From Epithemia pelagica (Eukaryota > Protista > Bacillariophyta): a stretch of 64,000 nucleotides of DNA. The notes below the pieces were generated by a model. That model saw only the letters and a list, made by a program, of their open reading frames with translations. It had not been told where the DNA came from and did no database searches. Below, piece after piece: positions 11,320 through 20,169 of this stretch. The stretch lies in NCBI GenBank assembly GCA_946965045.2, contig OX337228.1:5642001-5706000 (forward strand), written 5' to 3'. A program made the translations under genes and the position numbers. The first letter of the stretch is position 1. Every line of letters starts with the position of its first letter.

Positions 11320-12099
11320 ATGGATTCTAACGAGCTTATCACTCCTGTACGACAGATCTATCGAGCCAAACTGCATCCCGGGCAGCCCGATACCCTGGTG
11401 CAGCAGGAACTGGTGCCGACGCCGAAGGCAGCCAACACATCGGTCAACATCTCCGTCGACAGTTCCAACAGCAACCCATTCGAGACTCCAACCCAGCCTC
11501 ACGCTCCGATCCCTGCGCCGTTGCTTCGGCCCCCGAGTCCGCCTCGTCGGCTCGTCCCTTCTCGATCCCGTCGTACCACCCGGTTGATTGCTGATCATAT
11601 CAAGTACTTCCGTCAACCAACTTGTTCGACCTTCGATCCCGAGATCATCCGTGGGGAGACCCAGATCGAACGCCAGTTCCAATCGGTGACCCACATCGTC
11701 GACCAAGAAGACATTGACCGTCTGAACGACCAACTTCACCGTTCCCCGAGGCGTCGCCTCATCTTGGCCGCCCTCTCGGGCAACCCCATCCGTACTGTCC
11801 ACCTCCGCTTCCTAACCTTCGAGCGCCCAACTGGATACTACAATACCATCCACGTCGTGAACGCGACGACTTGCCCTCTGCCTCCTAACGTTGTACGCCT
11901 AGATAACTACGTTGCCTACATCCACGAGGTCCATACCATCGAGGACCATCGTGCAACTATCTACCCTTTGCGTACCGAGGTCGAGAACCACCTGGCTGAA
12001 GGTGATACCCCTTCTTCTGTTGCTTGTGCTGCCCCATCTGAGCCTGGAAGCGACTCTGATCATTCGGAAGAGGGTGAGGATTCAGAGACCGAAGCTTAA
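11320..12099 (+). CDS. Extra ORF (ORF0, 259 aa) inside copia A, upstream of gag-pol; function unknown
   Basis: ATG-initiated 259-codon sense ORF between the PBS and gag. Pro-rich N-terminal half, beta-rich-looking middle, acidic tail. Confidence 0.65.
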   Translation: MDSNELITPVRQIYRAKLHPGQPDTLVQQELVPTPKAANTSVNISVDSSNSNPFETPTQPHAPIPAPLLRPPSPPRRLVPSRSRRTTRLIADHIKYFRQPTCSTFDPEIIRGETQIERQFQSVTHIVDQEDIDRLNDQLHRSPRRRLILAALSGNPIRTVHLRFLTFERPTGYYNTIHVVNATTCPLPPNVVRLDNYVAYIHEVHTIEDHRATIYPLRTEVENHLAEGDTPSSVACAAPSEPGSDSDHSEEGEDSETEA

Positions 12100-12419
12100 T
12101 TACTCATAGTTAACTCCCGTCCTCTCAAAACCTTTCCAAGACTTAAACTCAACGCACATCCGGGTACCCTTGGTCGCACAACACGCCACACATTCCCGTC
12201 AAATCGCGAAAATTCGGCGAAAATTTGTTGAAACTCGGCGAAAATTTGTCGAAATCAACGGAAATTTCCAGGAGTCGCACATCACAACACACATCCGGGT
12301 ATTACATACGTGGTACATACGTGGCACACGTGGTACATCCGGGTTCACATCACATCACACATTAAATAAACCACATCACACCGCACATTAAATAAACATC
12401 GAACCAACCAAATAACACC

Positions 12420-15400
12420 ATGGATCCTCAATCACCCAAGACACCTACGACTCCTAAGGGAGAAGATAACCAAGACAATGTCTCGGACACAGACCTATTC
12501 GACCACATCATATTTACTGTCTGCCAATTTTTTACCAAAGAAAGGGCTGACTACTTAATGAAGTGGATGAAATACCATGGTTTTGAGAACATTACCCATG
12601 TTATCTCGTATATGCAAACTAATACCGAGGAATCCATGAAGGAACTGACACAATACAAGATCAACAAACAGACACATGATCTACAAGGCCCCACAAGACA
12701 GCAGATCAAGCTCTTGGCTTATTGGGCCACATACCAGACCAATGAAATTCAAGACGAGCTATCCAATAGCGACTGGATGAACCTAACGAGGAAAGAGTTC
12801 AACACTTGGAGGATCAACACAGATTTCTCTAAGGGACCACCTAGCCAAGTCCCAGTCTCGCCAATGAAGTCACCGTCATCTGTGAAATCTGTCAGCACAG
12901 TTACTGCCGCATCCCAATCTCAACAAGACCTTACAGCATTCAGAAAGGGAACTAAGCGCGACGCAACTGCATATGAGGTATTCAAGGATGAACGATACTA
13001 TGATTCATTCTGGCGTGTATTCAAGACTACAGCTAAGGCTCAAGGCCTATCCAACGTTCTGAATTTCAAATACACACCACCCCATGATGATGAGTATGCC
13101 GAAGAACTTTTCCAAGAGCAACAAGTATTTCTTTACTCCGTTCTTGTCCGTATCATTCAGACTGACCAAGGTCGAGCCTATGTACGTGAACATGAACATG
13201 ATGAAGATGCGCGTGCCGTATTGCAGAAGTTACACTCTTTGCATACCGAATCCGACCTAGCAAAGCGAGAAGTCCTCCGCTTAACCAACTACATTTCCAA
13301 TCTACGTCTTGACGACACATGGCGCGGAACAACACGTCAATTTCTTCTACACTTTCAAGAGCAGCTACGTTTGCTAGACAATTTAGTGACATTGTCTGAT
13401 CGCATCCCTGATCATACCAGGATGACCTTCCTCATGCAAGCTGTAGAAAAGGTACCTGATCTCCGCCGAGTCAAGATCTTGGATAATGTGGTGAACACCA
13501 AATCCGGTGCAAAATCCCTTTGCTATCAATCATACTTCCGTCTCCTTCTAGACGCAGCTTATGACCATGATCAAGCAACCCAGTCATCTGTTCATAGTCG
13601 CCGTCGACATGTCAAACAACATGAATCACTATATGGCCAAGATACAGATGCTGACATAACCTCACAAGATGATATGGAGTATCATGTCCACAACACCAAA
13701 GCGACATCTGAATCTCCATCCTCTTCGTCCAAGGTTAGTCTACCGCGTGACCTATGGTTCAAACTTTCTGAAGAAGATCGCAAGTTGATCATTGAATATA
13801 ACAAGATGATTCAAGCACCTTCATCAACAACACCGAGGACAGTGCAAACACATGCCCTCGACATTGATCCGGAACCTGATCCTGATCCCAACCAAGTTGT
13901 ATCTGATGACGACTCACCTGGCGTAGTCACTGAGCATTCAGATGATTCAGATCCGGTTACACAATTTATCAACCAAGCCATGACGACTGATATCAATCAC
14001 CCGGCAACTGACCTGACTAGTGTTCTTTCTAACGCCAAGTCCAAGACGAGCAAGAAGGTTACTTTCAAAGCCAACATGCATAAACAAGCAGGACATGTTC
14101 CACGCTATCTGTTTTCCAGGAAATCTACTTTACCAGGGAATCAATTGATTGACCGTGGTGCTAATGGAGGACTTGCTGGTTCTGACATGCGCATCCTTTC
14201 TAAGACTGGCCGCCATATCACTATTGTGGGTATTGATAACCATGAACTTACTGGACTTCCTGTCGTCACATGTGCCGCAAAGTTTGAGACCAATGATGGA
14301 CCTATTGTCGGCATCTTCAATGAATATGCTTATTATGGGAAGGGCTTATCTATCCATGCTCCTGGTCAATTCGAGCATTTCGGACTTGCTGTTGATGAAC
14401 GATCTGTTAAAGTTGATGGTAAACAACGCATCACTACACTTGATGGTCGTGCCATACCCCTTCACATCAAGGATGGGTTAGCCTACATCCACTCCTTGGG
14501 TATCCCCAGCGACGATGACATGGATACCTTACCTCAGATCATCTTCACGTCACCCGACACATGGGATCCTGGTGTTCTGGACCATTCGTATTCTCCCACA
14601 CCCTCTGACAATGATCCTGATTGGAAACACGTCAAGACTGATGGTAGTATGTCGAACCATCCATATGACAACTATGGGGAGTACACTGATCGTGTTGTTT
14701 GTAACCTCAATCTCCTTTTGGATCTCCCATACGATCATGGACCTGACGACGCACCCTTCTTTTCTATCTATGCTGACGCAGAAGGTAATGATCCTACACT
14801 TCATGCCTCTGTCCACCGTCGTTACCAGGAAGCGTATGACTGGAAGAAGTTCCGTCCATTCTTTGGTTGGCAATCTGAAGATGTTATTGCCGATACGTTC
14901 AAGCACACTACACGTAATGGTAGCATTACTTTTGACCACGACACCCTCAAGAAACATTTCAAGGCTCGCAATCCGGTCCTTAATATACCTCGACGCCATG
15001 AACCCGTTGCTACTGACTCGGTTTTCTCCGACACCCCTGCTGTTGACCATGGCGGTAAAGTCGCACAAATCTTTGTTGGTCGAGATACTCTGGTTACTGA
15101 TATCTATGGGATCAAGTCAACCAAACAGTTTGTCAATACTCTTCAGGACAACATCCGGTTTCGTGGTGCCATGGAGACTCTTATCAGTGATGGTGGTTCA
15201 TCTCTCATCTCTCAAAAGGTTAAAGACATTCTTCGCACTTTGCTTATTGGGGAGTATCGATCCGAACCTTATCATCAACACCAGAATAAGGCTGAAAACC
15301 GTTACCAGACCGTTAAACGTATGACCAACGCTCTCATGAATGCCACTGGTTGCCCTGCCAACACCTGGCTTCTTTGCCTTGAGTATGTCTGTGACTTATT

Positions 15401-18107
15401 GAACCATACCTCATCACCCACCCACTCCGGTCGCACTCCTCTTGAGGCTCTCTCCGGACGCCCACCCGACATTACTCATCTCTTGTTCTTTCCTTTCTGG
15501 GATGAGGTTTACTATCGTGTCGACCCCGCTGAACCCAATTCCGGTTCATATCCATCTTCTTCTGATGAGAAACTTGGCCACTGGGTTGGTTTTGCTCACA
15601 ACGTTGGTGATTCTTTTACTTGGAAGATTCTCACTCAGGATAACCAGATCATCTACCGTTCTGCCGTTCGCCGTGTTGAATCCACTACACCTAACCTACG
15701 TGTGGATCGACCTTCAGGGGAGGATTCGTCTGACAAGGATGACAATGATAAGCAAGCTGACACTGTCTTCATTCGCAGTGATAGTGAAGATCCATCCAAA
15801 CCAATGCCCACGATCGATTTTGACGACATGATAGGACGCACATTCCTATGCGACACAGAAGAAAATGGGGAGCGACACCGTGCACGTGTCATCAAACGAG
15901 TCATTGATCTTAATGAAGAAGCAACGAAACAGGAAGAACGTGTCAAGTATATCTACCGAAAGACAAATTCTGATGTTGATGAGATGATATCCTATAATCA
16001 ACTCATGGAGTATATCGAACGAGATAACCAAGCTCAAACCTCTGGAGATAATCTTTTCAGGTTCAGGGACGTCATTGCCCATCAAGGCCCACTGAACACA
16101 ACTGATCCAGATTACAAGGGGAGCAAATATAATTTGCTTGTTGATTGGGAAACTGGGGAGACTACCTATGAACCTTTATCACTCATCGCCAATGATGATC
16201 CGATCACTGTAGCAATTTATGGAAAGAAACATGATTTACTCAACGAACCTGGATGGAAGCATTTGAAACGTTATGTCAAAACAAGCAAACGTCTCATTCG
16301 AGCAGCCAAACAGTCAAGGATTAAACAAGTTCACCATTCCGTCAAGTATAAGTTTGGATTCCAAGTACCACGCAATTATGAGGAAGCTGTCACTCTTGAT
16401 AAACAACATGGCAACACAAAGTGGCAAGATGCAACAGAATTAGAATTGTCACAGATCCAGTCCTACAAGACATTCAAGGATTTTGGGAAAGCCATCTTCA
16501 TTAAAGGGAAAGTATCCAATGCACCTGAAGGATATCATAAGATACGTGTACATCTTGTCTTTGACGTAAAACATGATGGACGACATAAAGCAAGACTTGT
16601 CGCAGATGGACATCTCACAAAAGAACCTGTTGAGACAATCTATTCAGGTGTTGTTTCCATTCGCAACCTCCGCATTGCCTTATTCCTGGGTACTTTGAAT
16701 GACTTGGAAATATGGGGAGCAGATATTGGAAACGCATATCTGGAAGCCTTGACAGGGGAGAAACTTTTCATTGTCGCAGGACCTGAATTCAAGGAATTAG
16801 AAGGTCACATCCTGATTATATACAAGGCACTTTATGGATTGAAGTCATCAGGCGCACGCTGGCATGATGTCTTATTCGATGTTTTGACAGACATGGGATT
16901 TTCACCAAGCAAAGCAGATCCGGATATCTGGATGAGGAAGGCACCTGGAGAAGACTGTTACGAATACATTGCCGTATACGTTGATGACTTAGCCATTATT
17001 TCTACTGATCCTGGGAATATCTGCAAGATCCTGAAGGAGAAATACAACTTCAAACTCAAAGGAGATGGACCTATTGATTTCCACTTGGGATGTTGTTACA
17101 CCAAGGATTCTGATGGAACATTAGTAGCAGATCCAAGACGCTACATTGGTAAGATGATGGACACTTTCGAACGAATCTTCAAGGAGAAACCCAAGAAAGC
17201 CAAAACACCTCTTATTGGTGGAGACCATCCTGAATTGGACGATTCTGAGCTCCTTGATGAAGAAGGTACTAACCATTTCCAAACTCTGATTGGACAACTT
17301 CAATGGGTGATCACTATTGGTCGTTTCGACGTCTTCACCGCTACAATGACGCTATCACGCTTTCGTGCTGCTCCGAGGAAAGGACATCTTGATAGAGCCA
17401 AGCGTATCTATGGATACCTTGCACATCTCCCAGAAGGCGCAATCAGATTTAGGATTGGAGAGCCTGATTATTCAAGTCTTCCTACCCAAGAATTTGATTG
17501 GACTCGCACTGTCTATTCGAGTGCAAGTGAACGTATTCCTGAAGACTGCCCAACACCTCTTGGCCGCTATGTTACTACAACTCATTATGTTGATGCCAAT
17601 CTCATGCATGACATAGTCACTGGTAAATCCGTCACTGCTGTTCTACATTTGTTGAACGGAACACCTATTGACTGGTACAGCAAGAGACAGAGCACAGTGG
17701 AAACTGCTACCTATGGATCCGAGTTCGTGGCTGCAAGGACAGCAATAGATCAGATTACAGAATTACGACATTCTCTCCGCTATCTTGGAGTACCTATCCG
17801 AGAGCGAAGTTACATGTACGGAGATAACAGATCTGTTGTGCTCAATGCAACCGTTCCTCATTCCATACTATCCAAGAGACACCATCTTCTGTCATACCAC
17901 CGAGTTCGTGAAGCCATCGCAGCAAAGTATGTTGCATTCTACTGGAAAGATGGAAAGACCAACCCCGCCGATATCCTTAGCAAACATTGGGATTTCGTAT
18001 CTATCTGGCCCATGCTCAAGCCATTGTTGTTTTGGAAAGGAGAAGTTCAAGACCTCAACAAATCCAATGATGACAAGGCTGAAACGACGAGTTGTGGGGA
18101 GTGTTAG
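12420..18107 (+). CDS. Gag-Pol polyprotein of copia A
   Basis: Protease LIDRGANGG. Integrase TDSVF..ISDGG..SEPYHQHQNKAENRYQ. RT ADIGNAYL and YVDD. RNase H YVDANL, TYGSEFVA, GDNRSV and NPADILSK. The stop codon lies inside the 3' LTR. Confidence 0.98.
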   Translation: MDPQSPKTPTTPKGEDNQDNVSDTDLFDHIIFTVCQFFTKERADYLMKWMKYHGFENITHVISYMQTNTEESMKELTQYKINKQTHDLQGPTRQQIKLLAYWATYQTNEIQDELSNSDWMNLTRKEFNTWRINTDFSKGPPSQVPVSPMKSPSSVKSVSTVTAASQSQQDLTAFRKGTKRDATAYEVFKDERYYDSFWRVFKTTAKAQGLSNVLNFKYTPPHDDEYAEELFQEQQVFLYSVLVRIIQTDQGRAYVREHEHDEDARAVLQKLHSLHTESDLAKREVLRLTNYISNLRLDDTWRGTTRQFLLHFQEQLRLLDNLVTLSDRIPDHTRMTFLMQAVEKVPDLRRVKILDNVVNTKSGAKSLCYQSYFRLLLDAAYDHDQATQSSVHSRRRHVKQHESLYGQDTDADITSQDDMEYHVHNTKATSESPSSSSKVSLPRDLWFKLSEEDRKLIIEYNKMIQAPSSTTPRTVQTHALDIDPEPDPDPNQVVSDDDSPGVVTEHSDDSDPVTQFINQAMTTDINHPATDLTSVLSNAKSKTSKKVTFKANMHKQAGHVPRYLFSRKSTLPGNQLIDRGANGGLAGSDMRILSKTGRHITIVGIDNHELTGLPVVTCAAKFETNDGPIVGIFNEYAYYGKGLSIHAPGQFEHFGLAVDERSVKVDGKQRITTLDGRAIPLHIKDGLAYIHSLGIPSDDDMDTLPQIIFTSPDTWDPGVLDHSYSPTPSDNDPDWKHVKTDGSMSNHPYDNYGEYTDRVVCNLNLLLDLPYDHGPDDAPFFSIYADAEGNDPTLHASVHRRYQEAYDWKKFRPFFGWQSEDVIADTFKHTTRNGSITFDHDTLKKHFKARNPVLNIPRRHEPVATDSVFSDTPAVDHGGKVAQIFVGRDTLVTDIYGIKSTKQFVNTLQDNIRFRGAMETLISDGGSSLISQKVKDILRTLLIGEYRSEPYHQHQNKAENRYQTVKRMTNALMNATGCPANTWLLCLEYVCDLLNHTSSPTHSGRTPLEALSGRPPDITHLLFFPFWDEVYYRVDPAEPNSGSYPSSSDEKLGHWVGFAHNVGDSFTWKILTQDNQIIYRSAVRRVESTTPNLRVDRPSGEDSSDKDDNDKQADTVFIRSDSEDPSKPMPTIDFDDMIGRTFLCDTEENGERHRARVIKRVIDLNEEATKQEERVKYIYRKTNSDVDEMISYNQLMEYIERDNQAQTSGDNLFRFRDVIAHQGPLNTTDPDYKGSKYNLLVDWETGETTYEPLSLIANDDPITVAIYGKKHDLLNEPGWKHLKRYVKTSKRLIRAAKQSRIKQVHHSVKYKFGFQVPRNYEEAVTLDKQHGNTKWQDATELELSQIQSYKTFKDFGKAIFIKGKVSNAPEGYHKIRVHLVFDVKHDGRHKARLVADGHLTKEPVETIYSGVVSIRNLRIALFLGTLNDLEIWGADIGNAYLEALTGEKLFIVAGPEFKELEGHILIIYKALYGLKSSGARWHDVLFDVLTDMGFSPSKADPDIWMRKAPGEDCYEYIAVYVDDLAIISTDPGNICKILKEKYNFKLKGDGPIDFHLGCCYTKDSDGTLVADPRRYIGKMMDTFERIFKEKPKKAKTPLIGGDHPELDDSELLDEEGTNHFQTLIGQLQWVITIGRFDVFTATMTLSRFRAAPRKGHLDRAKRIYGYLAHLPEGAIRFRIGEPDYSSLPTQEFDWTRTVYSSASERIPEDCPTPLGRYVTTTHYVDANLMHDIVTGKSVTAVLHLLNGTPIDWYSKRQSTVETATYGSEFVAARTAIDQITELRHSLRYLGVPIRERSYMYGDNRSVVLNATVPHSILSKRHHLLSYHRVREAIAAKYVAFYWKDGKTNPADILSKHWDFVSIWPMLKPLLFWKGEVQDLNKSNDDKAETTSCGEC
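18096..18101 (+). promoter_or_regulatory. Polypurine tract of copia A
   Basis: GGGGAG immediately before the 3' LTR TG. Confidence 0.7.
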
Positions 18108-18884
18108 AATTCTCACCGTCTATGGTGGTTAGATTCTACATCTCATCGATTCCCCATGTCACATAGCCTCGTGCTATCGCATCATGCCCTCTAGCTTCGA
18201 GCTATGTTTCCTAGCTTCGCGCTATATCGACCTATATTTCTTCGCAAATCATGAAAAGTGAGAATAGATTGACGAACTCACTCTCAAGACTAAATTGGGT
18301 CGTGCGGTATTACAACGGACGTAAATTTGGCCGTTGCTCGGACACTGTACTAACGCCCTAAGCGTACGCGCCCGAAATCATCGAGCGCGCCCAAGTGACA
18401 TCCGAGCGCTATCGGCATCTATCCGATCCAACGGTCTAAGTATCCCAAGCACGACACACGATCACGCGAGACCATATTTCCATTCCCACAATCTCCAAAT
18501 TGTCAACAAGCTGCGCGCCATGAAAACAACTATGCCAACCCAAAGCAAGAGCTGTTGACCCTGTATATGTTATCCGCCCACATATACATGTCATATACAT
18601 CACATGAATCAACTCCAACTATTCCAAACCTGTTGCCGCCAAGAACCTATGATACATGACCCTTGGCAGGACCGAACATTTCACGTAGACCTATCGTAGT
18701 AATCAACACACAATCTAACAATATCACCATTTATCACATCCTCTTTTGTGTCCCGACTATCCTTCTGATAGACTTCGACTTGCTTGCTTCTCTGACCCTG
18801 AGAAGCTTGTATCGGTTGGTGACCTACCTGATTGTCTGCTCTACCGAGCATCAATGTCCCTACGATTCAGAAAGAATTGTAACA
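18102..18884 (+). repeat. 3' LTR of copia A (783 bp)
   Basis: Direct repeat of 10501-11283, followed by the TSD GACTG. Confidence 0.97.
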
Positions 18885-20169
18885 GACTGATGCGGCTGTG
18901 CTTGATGGAGCGCGCGCAGTCGAAAGTGATAGGGAGAGAGAAGCCCTTTGAGGCATCTTTAAGCAAGACTTTGGTCAGTGCTTCGGGGTTTTTCTTGCCT
19001 GAGGCGTGGTTGCCATAGTCCAGTATGGCGTCGTTCTCAGCTCGTCGAGCGGTCTCATCTTCCACGGCTGAGAGGGGGTACGAGACGCCTTGAGAGATAA
19101 TGGACCGAAAGCGCGGCCAGTATGGGTGGCCGGCTAAAAGAGGTTCCAAAAGGTCGGCTGGCCGAAATTCAGAACCGGGTGCTATGACTGAGTATGGATA
19201 TGCGTCGAGGAGTTTCTGCATGTCCATATCAAAAGTAGCAATCAACCTTGATTTGAAGTCGGCATTTGCCACGGCAACTTCCTCTGGGGAAATTTCATGA
19301 CGAAATGGGGAGTCTTCTGGTGTCTTTTGGGACTGTGCCGCGATTGACATGATGGTTGCGAGCTTGAGAGGATGGGAGATCGGTTGTAAAGGAGGGGGTG
19401 CCAGTCTTGAGGGAAAGATCTTGGGGACGTCGTTTGGAAGGTATGGCTTGGGGGAGGTAGGACGTGGAAAGGAACATGGAAGAAGTCTGAACTCACCTAA
19501 TAATTGTAGATCCGCATTTCTCGCATGTTCTAGACGGGCCATATTTCGTTGTAGGGGGCGGCCGGAAAAATCCGATCCTTCAATTGCAGAACTTCCTCCT
19601 GGGAGAGAATTTGTAATTTGTGAGGATGGATTTGGGGGAAAGGAGTCGGGGTCTTCTTGAATCGTGGGGACCGATGAGAACTTGGAAGGGCGTAAGACAG
19701 AGGCGAAAGGGGCAATCTTCGAAGGAGGAGAATTGGACGAAACGGAAGGCTTGGGGGTCTTGGCAACATAAGAGGCTGGTTGATGAAATTTGAAATTTCG
19801 AGTCTTGTGGAGCTTGTTGGGATCCGTTGGAAACGAGACCAAGGTCTGCGACGTCAAAGAATTCGGTTGGGGGAGAGTTGCTGTCTGGACAGCGATCGCA
19901 CGAGCATCTGGATGCTGTGAGTAAAATCTGTCGGAGTGTTGAGTGAGGAAAGGATTTTGTGTCTTGGGGATTGATGGAAGGATATCATCGGAGAAGGAAG
20001 GTGTGGCTGGGGGAAGGAAACTGGGTTGGATCGGAGTGGAGGATGTGGTGACTATGGGAGAAAACAAAGAAGTACAAGAGCTATTAGATCGGGCGGGTTG
20101 ACTGTCGGATCGTAATGCTGGTGGAGCTGGAGGAGTGGGAGTGGACGGAACAATCAACCCTGCATGGCG
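18885..20169 (-). pseudogene. 5' half of the split pol/RT ORF of the DIRS-like element
   Basis: Open from just after the ORF1 TGA to the copia junction (...YWPRFRSIISQGVSYPL...GNHASG...KGFSLP...HSRIS). Joins in frame to 10495 once the copia and one TSD copy are removed (RISP-MGVAHQW). Confidence 0.85.

Larger units (their letters stand above)
10501..18884 (+). mobile_element. Full-length Ty1/copia LTR retrotransposon (CoDi-like), element A
   Basis: Two TG..CA LTRs and a 5-bp TSD GACTG (10496-10500 and 18885-18889). PBS, PPT and an intact 1895-aa ORF with domain order PR-IN-RT-RH. Confidence 0.98.

Noticed and set aside
12155-12345. CCGGGTA as a yeast Reb1 binding site
   Set aside because: The match is short and there is no evidence for an orthologous factor in diatoms. 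It is kept only as part of the repeat-array finding.
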